In this document: one piece after another, positions 35,919 to 43,888 of the stretch
How positions within the stretch are numbered: the first letter of the stretch is position 1
Layout of the letters: each line of letters starts with the position of its first letter
NCBI GenBank assembly: GCA_002423615.1
Contig: DIKO01000049.1
Coordinates: forward strand, 40,264 to 104,263
Length of the DNA: 64,000 nt
Direction of reading: 5' to 3'
DNA from: Desulfobacteraceae bacterium UBA5616
Lineage (GTDB): Bacteria; Desulfobacterota; Desulfobacteria; Desulfobacterales; UBA5616
Program-made: the position numbers and the translations under genes
The notes under the pieces: model-generated
Database searches by the model: none
Told to the model about the DNA's origin: nothing
What the model saw: the letters and a program-made list of their open reading frames with translations, nothing else

Positions 35919-37880
35919 ATGACTGACAACAAGAAGATTCCCGAACAAGAGATTCCCTGGGGTGAACTGGATCTGCATCCTAACGCAAGTACGTATCTGG
36001 CGGAGGCGCTGGTGGAACACGGTGTGGAAATCGCATTCGGCGTGTCCGGAGGCCATATCTGGCAGATGTGCGATGAAATGAGCCTGGCCGGCATCAAAAC
36101 CATCACCGTCCGTCACGAACAAACCGGTGCCTATGCCGCCGAAGCTTATTCCAAAGTCACGCGAAAACCAGGCGTTTGTTACGGAACCGTCGGACCGGGG
36201 GTCGGTAATGCCCTGAGCGGAATCCAACAGGCCCATGAAAGCAATTCACCGGTTCTTTTTCTGGGCGGCGGCAACAGCCCGGAATCGGATTACCTGCCGG
36301 TGATTCAACCCTCTTATGTTCTCGACCTGTTCCGGCATATCACCAAGTATTGCCAGCGCCTGGTGGAACCTTCGATGTTCAAGCAGAATATCGCCAGGGC
36401 CTTCATGGCCATGCAGTCCTACCCCAAGGGGCCGGCTGCTTTGGAAGTCCCGGGATCAGCACTTTTCAGACCGGTTCCGCCGAAGGGTCCTGCCGGTATG
36501 ATGGGGCAGCATGCGCTGTACCAGGGAAAATGGCTCAGGGAAAAAACAGGAGATGCGCCCGAGCCGGGCGGGGATCCCGAGATGATCGCCAAGGCGATTA
36601 AGCTGCTGTGGGAATCCAAGAAGCCCGTTATTTTTGCAGGAGACGGCGTTCACTGGGCCAATGCCGCAGCCGAACTGGTGGAGTTCGCCGAACTGGTGAA
36701 GATTCCGGTTGTCACACGGCGAATCGCCAGAGGCAGCATGCCGGAAAACCATCCCCTGTATCTGGATTCCAGAACAGGCCGGGCCGCCATCAGCCAGAGC
36801 GATATCCGGTTGGGGCTGGGCATGAAAATCGGATTGTTCGACAACTGGGGAAAAGGTTGGGGCCCGACCATTCAGGTCAATGAAGGGTGGGAACACATCT
36901 GGACCTACGTGGATACTCCGGCGGCCATCGTCGGGAGCGTACGGATCGTTTTGAAACAAATGATGGAATACATCCGGCAGAACAACCTGAAACCGCCGGC
37001 AGGCCGGGATGAATGGGTTGAAACATGCCGCAAGGTGCAAATGGGCGGATTGGATGCCCGCAGGGCTAAAGCCGAACAATACAAGGACCATACCCCGGTC
37101 CATTACGGCTATCTGGCCAAGAAGGCCTGGGATGTCTGTGAGTCGGTCTACGGCGGAATGAACCGGGTGATCCTGGACGGCTACACCATTTCGGATTTTG
37201 CACCGGCTTTTATCCAGGCACGGTTTTCCGGACAGATCATGGATGCTTCGGAATATGCCGGCGTCGGGCATGGGGTGGGCATGGCCATCGGTGCGGCGTT
37301 CGGTGATCCGGAATCAAAAAAACATCCCATATTGGCTCTGATGGGAGATGCCGGGATGGGGATCGCCGGTATGGATTACGAGACGGCGCTGATCCACAAA
37401 CTGCCCATCGTTTACCTGGTCACGGAAAACAGAGGCTGGTTGACGGGCATGAAGCATGTGGTGTACGGGGAACACTGGGAAGCCAAGGGGCCCCAGGACC
37501 AGGCTCACGGCGAGGAAGGTGTGGACAACGCCCGTTATGACAAACTTTGTGAAATTTTTGGCGGCCACGGGGAATATGTCGCCAAACCCGATGAGATCGT
37601 TCCGGCACTGACCCGGGCTTTTAAGGCCGCCGAGAACGGCGTGCCCGCCATCGTGAACGTTCACATGGATCCCCGGGTGCACAACCGGCAGCTCATCGCA
37701 CCGTCTTATGCCGCCAGTTGGGCACATCTGCCATGGAATAAACTGGCGCCCAGGGCAAAGGCGGCCAGACGGGCCTGGTTCGGTATGGCCTATCCATTTG
37801 ACCAGTACGGAATTCCGCCGATGAGCCTGCCTGATCCATGGGAGCCGGTGAAAGACGATGAGGATTTTACCATTGAGTAA
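35919..37880 (+). CDS. Thiamine-diphosphate-dependent enzyme (acetolactate synthase / oxalyl-CoA decarboxylase / 2-hydroxyacyl-CoA lyase superfamily), long form
   Basis: N-terminal Pyr domain FGVSGGHIWQMCDE...RHEQTGAYAAEAY...GPGVGNALSGIQQA. The ThDP-binding block GDAGMGIAGMDYETA...VTENRGW is also present. The protein is about 650 aa with an extra C-terminal tail. The start is at ATG 35919, 7 nt after AAAGGAG. Confidence 0.85.
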   Translation: MTDNKKIPEQEIPWGELDLHPNASTYLAEALVEHGVEIAFGVSGGHIWQMCDEMSLAGIKTITVRHEQTGAYAAEAYSKVTRKPGVCYGTVGPGVGNALSGIQQAHESNSPVLFLGGGNSPESDYLPVIQPSYVLDLFRHITKYCQRLVEPSMFKQNIARAFMAMQSYPKGPAALEVPGSALFRPVPPKGPAGMMGQHALYQGKWLREKTGDAPEPGGDPEMIAKAIKLLWESKKPVIFAGDGVHWANAAAELVEFAELVKIPVVTRRIARGSMPENHPLYLDSRTGRAAISQSDIRLGLGMKIGLFDNWGKGWGPTIQVNEGWEHIWTYVDTPAAIVGSVRIVLKQMMEYIRQNNLKPPAGRDEWVETCRKVQMGGLDARRAKAEQYKDHTPVHYGYLAKKAWDVCESVYGGMNRVILDGYTISDFAPAFIQARFSGQIMDASEYAGVGHGVGMAIGAAFGDPESKKHPILALMGDAGMGIAGMDYETALIHKLPIVYLVTENRGWLTGMKHVVYGEHWEAKGPQDQAHGEEGVDNARYDKLCEIFGGHGEYVAKPDEIVPALTRAFKAAENGVPAIVNVHMDPRVHNRQLIAPSYAASWAHLPWNKLAPRAKAARRAWFGMAYPFDQYGIPPMSLPDPWEPVKDDEDFTIE

Positions 37881-37921
37881 AATGCAACGCGGATAGAAAT
37901 CCTCTTGATGCCGGAAGGCCG

Positions 37922-37980
37922 GGCTGTTTCAAGTGAAGCAGGGCAGGCGGGTACGCAAGGCCCTGCTTCATAAAACAGCC
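37922..37980 (+). terminator. Long imperfect stem-loop between the ThDP gene and the ligase gene (terminator or attenuator candidate)
   Basis: GGCTGTTT-caag-TGAAGCAGGGC-(15 nt loop)-GCCCTGCTTCA-ta-AAACAGCC. A T-rich stretch (gtctttttgttt) follows about 20 nt later. Confidence 0.35.
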
Positions 37981-38047
37981 GGTTTTCGTCAAGGGTCTTT
38001 TTGTTTCAAGGGGGAAGATTGCATGAAACTGTAAGGAGGTATGTACG

Positions 38048-39619
38048 ATGAATCTTGCGGACGGACTGAGGATCAGTTCATGGAAGAACCCGGACAAGGT
38101 GGCGGCCGTGTTCGAAGAAAAACGCGTCACCTATGAGGAATTGAACAAAAGGGCCAACCGCCTTTCCCATGCCATGCTTCAAAAAGGATTTAAGCGCCAG
38201 GAAAAGGCTTCCATCATCATGTACAACAATATCGAATTCCTGGAAATTTACCACGGGCTGGCCCGGGCCGCACTCATTTCGGTGCCCGTGAATTTCAGAC
38301 TGGTTCCCGCGGAACTTGAATATGTGATCAACAATTCCGATTCAACCGCCCTTTTTATCGGCTGTGAATTTCTGGAAAAGGTCAATCTGAAAAATATCCC
38401 GATGGTCCGGAAGGATAATGTCATTGTTGTCGGACCCAGGGAGCAGACTCCGGCCGGGTTTATGAATTATGAGGATTTCATCGGCGGGCAACCCGAACAC
38501 GAACCGGACAACGTCCTTCAGCAGGAAAGCGATATATTTTATTTCGGCTATACCAGTGGAACGACGGGATTCCCCAAGGGAGCGATGAACACATCCCGGG
38601 GGACCATCGATATCATAAAAAACCTTTTTGTCCGAACCGGGAACCGGAAAGCGGTGGATCTGTCCAGCCGCGTTTTTCTGGCCATCATCCCCATCTGTCA
38701 CTCAAACAGCGTCTGGGCCACCTTGATCACCTTCTGGGTGGGCGGCACCAACGTGATTTTTCCATCGGGAAAATATGATCCTGAAAAGGTGTTGAAAACC
38801 ATATCCCGGGAAAAGGTGACCACCACGTCCATGGTGCCCACCATGATCACCCGGATCATGGAATTGCCGGATGAGGTTAAGAATCAATATGACATCAGTT
38901 CGTTGACTTCCCTGGGGTCTTCATCGGCGCCGTTGATGACGAAAACCAAGGAAGAAGCGCTTCAGTTCTTTAAAAACGTCCGTTTCAGCGAGGGGTATGG
39001 TTCAACCGAAACAGGCGCCCTGACCACCCTGCGCTTCAAGGACCAGAAACGGAAAGTCCGCAGCATCGGCCAACCCAATCCCGGAATTGAAATTAAATTG
39101 ATCGACGAAGACGGAAACGTGGTGACGGAACCCCATAAATCCGGGGTCCTGTGGGCAAAGACCCGGTCCGCATTCATCGGATATTACAAAGAACCCAAAA
39201 AAACCAGGGAATCCATTGACGGGGAGTGGTCCACTGCAGGTGATGTGGCCTATTTCGATGAAGAGGGCTACTATTATCTGAGCGACCGCAAACACGACAT
39301 GATTATTTCCGGCGGGGAAAATATTTACCCGGCGGAGATCGAAGAAGTCATCTCCAAACTTCCGGAAGTTTCAGAGGTTGCGGTGATCGGCATTCCCAAC
39401 GAGGAGTTCGGCGAGGAAGTCAAGGCCATTGTCAAGCTGGTTGAGGGCAAAGTCCTGACGGAAAAGCAGATACTGGACCATTGCAAGGAACATCTTGCGG
39501 GCTATAAGCGCCCCCGGTCCGTGGATTTTGTGACGGACTTCCCGAGAACAGCCACCGATAAAATACTCAAGAGACTGATTCGTGCGCCCTATTGGAAAAA
39601 CCAGGAACGAAACATTTAA
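38048..39619 (+). CDS. AMP-forming acyl-CoA ligase (ANL superfamily)
   Basis: YTSGTTGFPKGA (A3 motif), GYGSTE, YYYLSDRKHDMIISGGENIYPAEIE and PRTATDKILKR (A10 lysine region). GGAGG lies 8 nt upstream. Confidence 0.9.
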   Translation: MNLADGLRISSWKNPDKVAAVFEEKRVTYEELNKRANRLSHAMLQKGFKRQEKASIIMYNNIEFLEIYHGLARAALISVPVNFRLVPAELEYVINNSDSTALFIGCEFLEKVNLKNIPMVRKDNVIVVGPREQTPAGFMNYEDFIGGQPEHEPDNVLQQESDIFYFGYTSGTTGFPKGAMNTSRGTIDIIKNLFVRTGNRKAVDLSSRVFLAIIPICHSNSVWATLITFWVGGTNVIFPSGKYDPEKVLKTISREKVTTTSMVPTMITRIMELPDEVKNQYDISSLTSLGSSSAPLMTKTKEEALQFFKNVRFSEGYGSTETGALTTLRFKDQKRKVRSIGQPNPGIEIKLIDEDGNVVTEPHKSGVLWAKTRSAFIGYYKEPKKTRESIDGEWSTAGDVAYFDEEGYYYLSDRKHDMIISGGENIYPAEIEEVISKLPEVSEVAVIGIPNEEFGEEVKAIVKLVEGKVLTEKQILDHCKEHLAGYKRPRSVDFVTDFPRTATDKILKRLIRAPYWKNQERNI

Positions 39620-39797
39620 GGATTTTATCATTGTCCCATTTTTCACACAGCCGGAATATCTCATGCGAGAACACCATAATTCACCCCACCCGATCCGGGA
39701 TGGGATTGATGGTCTTGTTCCTGTACGTTCAATCACCCGGCAAATGAGACACTTGAACCCTCCGAGATAATTTTTACCATAAAAAAAGGAGAATGCC

Positions 39798-41096
39798 ATG
39801 AGTCAGGAAAAAGAAGTCAAAACCAAAGGATCGAAAAAATCCCTTCAGACAGCCCGGAATACGTTTAAATTCATCGTCGAGGACTACCTTCAGGGCCATG
39901 CCCATAAACAAGAGGGAAAGCCCGTCGTGTGGTCCTGCGCCCTTGCGGAAAAAGAACTTTTTTATGCCATGGGGCTTCACCCCTACTACCCGGAAAATTA
40001 TGCGGCGGTCTGCGCCACCCAGAGAAAAAACAGAGATCCGTCTGCAGAAAAGGAAGCGGTCCGTTTTGCCAAGATTGCCGAACAGGCCGGGTATTCCGCG
40101 GATTTATGCGGATATCAAAGGGTGGCTACCGGCTACATCATGAACGACGACCTGACCGATGCACCACTGGGGGGGATGCCCGCCCCGGATTTAATGGTGA
40201 CCACATCCAGCGTTTGCGATGTTCGCCTTAAATGGTTTGAAGACATGGCCCAGCGCCTGAATGTACCGCTTTTCACGCTGGATCGTCCGGAACGGGTTTT
40301 TAACGATATCCGGCGGCATCCCATGCCCCATGAAGTCAAATATTACAAATCCATTCTCGAGGACTACATGTCCTTTGTCACCGATGTTACCGGCATTCGA
40401 TACGATGAAGACCGGTTAAGGGAATGCATGGAATGGAGCTACAAAACCAATGAAGTCCGTTTGGAGATACTGGATCTGAGAAAAGCCGTCCCCTCACCCA
40501 TGGGATGTGCCGACGGGTTCGCCACCATGTATCCGGGCATGTACTGCTCGGGAACGGAAAAGGCCTACAACTACTACAAGGAACTGAGGGATGAGGTCAA
40601 GGCAAAGGTCCTTGCCGGGGAAGGCATCATTCAGAATGAGAAGTTCCGTCTCATGTGGTACGGGATTCCCCTGTGGTTCAATATGGGGATATTTAATTAT
40701 TTTGAAGATATCGGCGGCGTGTTCGCCTATGAACCGGCTTACAACCCCTCTCCCTGGCCGCAGTCGACAGGGGATGATCCCTTGACCGAACTGGCCATCC
40801 GCTCTCTTTACACCGGAACGTCGATGAGTTCCGGCATGAGTTCGATACTGGAACAATGCCGGGAATATCATATCAACGGAGCGGTGCTGGCCTTTTTATT
40901 GACCTGCCGACCGGTTTACCTGCCGGCGCTGGAAACCAAACGGATACTGGAAAAAGAACTCGGTATCCCCTCCGTGATGATCGAATGTGATCTGGTTGAC
41001 GAGCGGAGTTATTCCGAAGCCCAGGTTAAAACACGGATGGATGCTTTTGCGGAACAGATTCTAGGCCAATTGGAAGCGAAAAAGGAGGTGGCTTGA
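39798..41096 (+). CDS. Benzoyl-CoA reductase / 2-hydroxyacyl-CoA dehydratase family catalytic subunit (BcrB/BzdO/HgdA-like)
   Basis: 432 aa. GKPVVWSCALAEKELFYAMGLHPYYPENYAAVCA is typical of the N-terminus of this family (HGD-D type). Confidence 0.8.
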   Translation: MSQEKEVKTKGSKKSLQTARNTFKFIVEDYLQGHAHKQEGKPVVWSCALAEKELFYAMGLHPYYPENYAAVCATQRKNRDPSAEKEAVRFAKIAEQAGYSADLCGYQRVATGYIMNDDLTDAPLGGMPAPDLMVTTSSVCDVRLKWFEDMAQRLNVPLFTLDRPERVFNDIRRHPMPHEVKYYKSILEDYMSFVTDVTGIRYDEDRLRECMEWSYKTNEVRLEILDLRKAVPSPMGCADGFATMYPGMYCSGTEKAYNYYKELRDEVKAKVLAGEGIIQNEKFRLMWYGIPLWFNMGIFNYFEDIGGVFAYEPAYNPSPWPQSTGDDPLTELAIRSLYTGTSMSSGMSSILEQCREYHINGAVLAFLLTCRPVYLPALETKRILEKELGIPSVMIECDLVDERSYSEAQVKTRMDAFAEQILGQLEAKKEVA

Positions 41097-41097
41097 T

Positions 41098-42267
41098 ATG
41101 AACGAGATCTTTGCCCAGTATTGCAATAATCGCCATGATATGGCGCGAAAATGGAAGCAGGAAACCGGCAAAAAAGTGTACGGTTATTTTTGCTGCATGT
41201 CACCTGAAGAAATTCTGTTTGCAGCGGATATCCTGCCGGTGCGTATTACGGGAACCGGCGAGCCGCTTCAGAAGGCGGATCTGCATGTTCCCCCCAATTC
41301 CTGCCCCTTTGCCCGTTCCTGCCTGGATGCCGGAATGCAGGGGCATTACGATTATCTGGACGGGGTTGTGGTTCCCAACAGCTGCGATATTATTTTCAGC
41401 ATGGAATACCTTTGGAAGACCCTGGTCAAACGCCCCAATCCGCCTTCAATGGTGGGCGGAATCGACTTGAAGCCCTACGTTCACTATATCAATTACCCGG
41501 AAAAAATTAACAGCCGGGGAGTATTGCCGTTTTACAAGGAAGTTTTGAGCATATTCAAACAGGAACTGGAACGCGGCAACAACCGTCTCATTACCGATGA
41601 GGATATGTCCCGTGCCATAACGGCATACAACGATGACAAATTTCAACTCAAGCGCCTCTACGAGATGCGAAAGACCGACCCACCGGCAGTATCGGGGTTT
41701 GAAGCCTGGCAGGCCGTTTATGCCAGTATTTTGATGCCCAAGGACCAGCACGCGGCCCTGTTGAAAGAATCACTGGACGAGATCGAAAAAACCGGACGGA
41801 AAGCGGAAGAAGGCGTAAGGATTTATCTGTCCGGTTCGGCCATGGATCGGGTGAATGCCGATATCATCAAGGTCATTGAAGAGTGCGGCGGTCAGGTGGT
41901 CACCGACGACCTGTGCGTTGGCACACGCAGCTTCTGGTACCCCATCAGCACGGAATTACCGCCACTGGAAGCCATTGCCCGGCGCAGCCTGGGGACGGCC
42001 TGCCCCAGAAGCACGGTCAAGGAGCGGATCCCCGAGAACCGGTGGGCTCATATCGTGAACACCATAAAAGGATATGACGTTGAGGGGGCGATTTTTTACG
42101 TGTTAAAATGTTGTGACGCGCGACTGGGTGAATATCCGCATTTAAGAGACAAGATCAAGGAAGAAATGGGGTTGCCGTCCCTTTTTCTGGAAGGCGATTA
42201 CACCGCCGAAGGGGTTGAACAGATGCGGGGCAGGGTGGAAGCATTCATTGAAATGATCGGAGGGTAA
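41098..42267 (+). CDS. Benzoyl-CoA reductase / 2-hydroxyacyl-CoA dehydratase family catalytic subunit (BcrC/BzdN/HgdB-like)
   Basis: 389 aa. KKVYGYFCCMSPEEILFAADILPVRITG...CPFARSCLD. The start is 1 nt after the upstream stop. Confidence 0.8.
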   Translation: MNEIFAQYCNNRHDMARKWKQETGKKVYGYFCCMSPEEILFAADILPVRITGTGEPLQKADLHVPPNSCPFARSCLDAGMQGHYDYLDGVVVPNSCDIIFSMEYLWKTLVKRPNPPSMVGGIDLKPYVHYINYPEKINSRGVLPFYKEVLSIFKQELERGNNRLITDEDMSRAITAYNDDKFQLKRLYEMRKTDPPAVSGFEAWQAVYASILMPKDQHAALLKESLDEIEKTGRKAEEGVRIYLSGSAMDRVNADIIKVIEECGGQVVTDDLCVGTRSFWYPISTELPPLEAIARRSLGTACPRSTVKERIPENRWAHIVNTIKGYDVEGAIFYVLKCCDARLGEYPHLRDKIKEEMGLPSLFLEGDYTAEGVEQMRGRVEAFIEMIGG

Positions 42268-42270
42268 TCC

Positions 42271-43071
42271 ATGCCGTTTTATGCCGGGATCGATGTCGGC
42301 GCCCAGAGCATCAAGGTCGTTGTTTTTGACGGAGAAAAAATTCTGGGCGCCAGGATCGTCGTTACGGAAGACGAGGCCAATCGCGCTGCCCAGCGGATTT
42401 ATGAGGATCTTCTGGGTGAATTGAAGCTTTCCGGATCTGATGTCGAAAAAATATATGTCACTGGATGGGGCGCCGATGACGTTTTATTCGCCGACGGAAA
42501 AAGTTCGGAACAGGTTTGCGCCGCCAAGGGGGCCCGCTTTTTAATCCCGACGGCAAGAACCATTCTGGACATGGGGGCCGAAGGGTCCCGTGTCATGAAG
42601 CTTTCCGCCGACGGTATCCTGGAGGAATTCGTCAATAATTCGAAGTGTGCATCGGGAACCGGGTCTTTTATCGAACTGGGGGCCGTTTACCTTCAGGTCC
42701 CCATCGAACAAATGGGACCCCTGTCATTATCCGCCGACGGGTCTGCGGATGTCAGCAGCACCTGTGCCGTATTCGCCGAATCCGTCATTATTTCGAATAT
42801 TCACAAAGGGGAACCCCTTGAACGGATAGCCGCCGGAATTCATAAATCGGCGGCAACCCGCGTTTCGGAACTTCTGGGCAGGATCGGCAAGGTGGACGAC
42901 GTGGTATTCGTGGGAGGACCGGCGAAAAACCGCGGATTGGTCAGAATCCTGGAGGAAATGAGCGGTGTCTCCTTCAAGATCCCGGACAACCCCCAGATCG
43001 TTGTGGCCCTCGGTGCGGCTCTTCAGGCCTCCACGAAACAAAAACGAAAGCGCCGAAAGGGTGCAACGTAA
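42271..43071 (+). CDS. BadF/BadG/BcrA/BcrD-type ATPase (electron-activating subunit 1)
   Basis: MPFYAGIDVGAQSIKVVVF matches the ASKHA phosphate-1 motif. The cluster-bridging Cys contexts NNSKCASGTGSFIE and SSTCAVFAES are present. Confidence 0.85.
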   Translation: MPFYAGIDVGAQSIKVVVFDGEKILGARIVVTEDEANRAAQRIYEDLLGELKLSGSDVEKIYVTGWGADDVLFADGKSSEQVCAAKGARFLIPTARTILDMGAEGSRVMKLSADGILEEFVNNSKCASGTGSFIELGAVYLQVPIEQMGPLSLSADGSADVSSTCAVFAESVIISNIHKGEPLERIAAGIHKSAATRVSELLGRIGKVDDVVFVGGPAKNRGLVRILEEMSGVSFKIPDNPQIVVALGAALQASTKQKRKRRKGAT

Positions 43072-43097
43072 TTTTATTCATGCAAGGAATGAGACCT

Positions 43098-43877
43098 ATG
43101 TTTGTTGCGGGAATCGATATCGGATCAGCCGCCACCAAGGCAGTCCTGTTGAACCAGACGGAAATCGTCGCTTCTCATATCATTGAAACCGGGCCCAGGA
43201 GCCGGGCAACGGCGGAAGAAGCGATGAAGGGCATCCTGGAAAAAAGCGGGTTGAACAGCGGCGATCCGGGATATATTGTAGCCACCGGTTATGGCCGGAT
43301 CAATGTGCCCAGCGCCAATGAAATTATCACGGAAATCGCCTGCCATGCCAAAGGGGTGAACGCCGTTTTCCCCAAGGCCAGGACGATTCTGGATATGGGT
43401 GGACAGGACTGCAAGGCCATCCGCATTGACCACAAAGGCAGGCATGTGGCATTTGTCATGAACGACAAATGCGCCGCCGGGACAGGCCGGTTCCTGGATA
43501 TCATGGCCCAGATGCTGAAAGTGCCGCTGAGTGAAATCGGGCCTTTGTCCATGGAAGCCAGGGAAGATATCAAGATCAGCAGTGTCTGTGGGGTGTTCGC
43601 CAGGTCCGAGGTTGCCCGACATCTGAGACGGGGTGTGAGCAAGGCCGATATCCTGGGAGGACTGCACGCCTCGGTTGCAGACCGGGTTTACGGAATCCTA
43701 AAACGAGTCGGGATCGAAGAGGATTTCGTGATTTCGGGCGGAATCGGAAAAAACATCGGGGTCGTTAGGCGGGTCGAAGCCAAGGTCGGCCTTCCCGCTT
43801 ATATTTCTGATGAACCCCAGCTCATCGGTGCCTTGGGCGCCGCATGTTTCGCCAGGGAAAGGGTGAGCCAGGGGTAA
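43098..43877 (+). CDS. BadF/BadG/BcrA/BcrD-type ATPase (electron-activating subunit 2)
   Basis: MFVAGIDIGSAATKAVLL, MNDKCAAGTGRFLD and SSVCGVFARSE. It is distinct in sequence from subunit 1. The start is chosen at ATG 43098 (AAGGAA 8 nt upstream); the track ORF opens at 43080. Confidence 0.85.
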   Translation: MFVAGIDIGSAATKAVLLNQTEIVASHIIETGPRSRATAEEAMKGILEKSGLNSGDPGYIVATGYGRINVPSANEIITEIACHAKGVNAVFPKARTILDMGGQDCKAIRIDHKGRHVAFVMNDKCAAGTGRFLDIMAQMLKVPLSEIGPLSMEAREDIKISSVCGVFARSEVARHLRRGVSKADILGGLHASVADRVYGILKRVGIEEDFVISGGIGKNIGVVRRVEAKVGLPAYISDEPQLIGALGAACFARERVSQG

Positions 43878-43888
43878 AAGGATCATGC

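Noticed and set aside
38009-38023. AGGGGGAAGATTGCA upstream of the ligase gene, as a sigma54 promoter
   Set aside because: The -24 element is poor (no TGGCAC-like hexamer, spacing off by one). It is only about 25 nt from the start codon, where it overlaps the RBS region.
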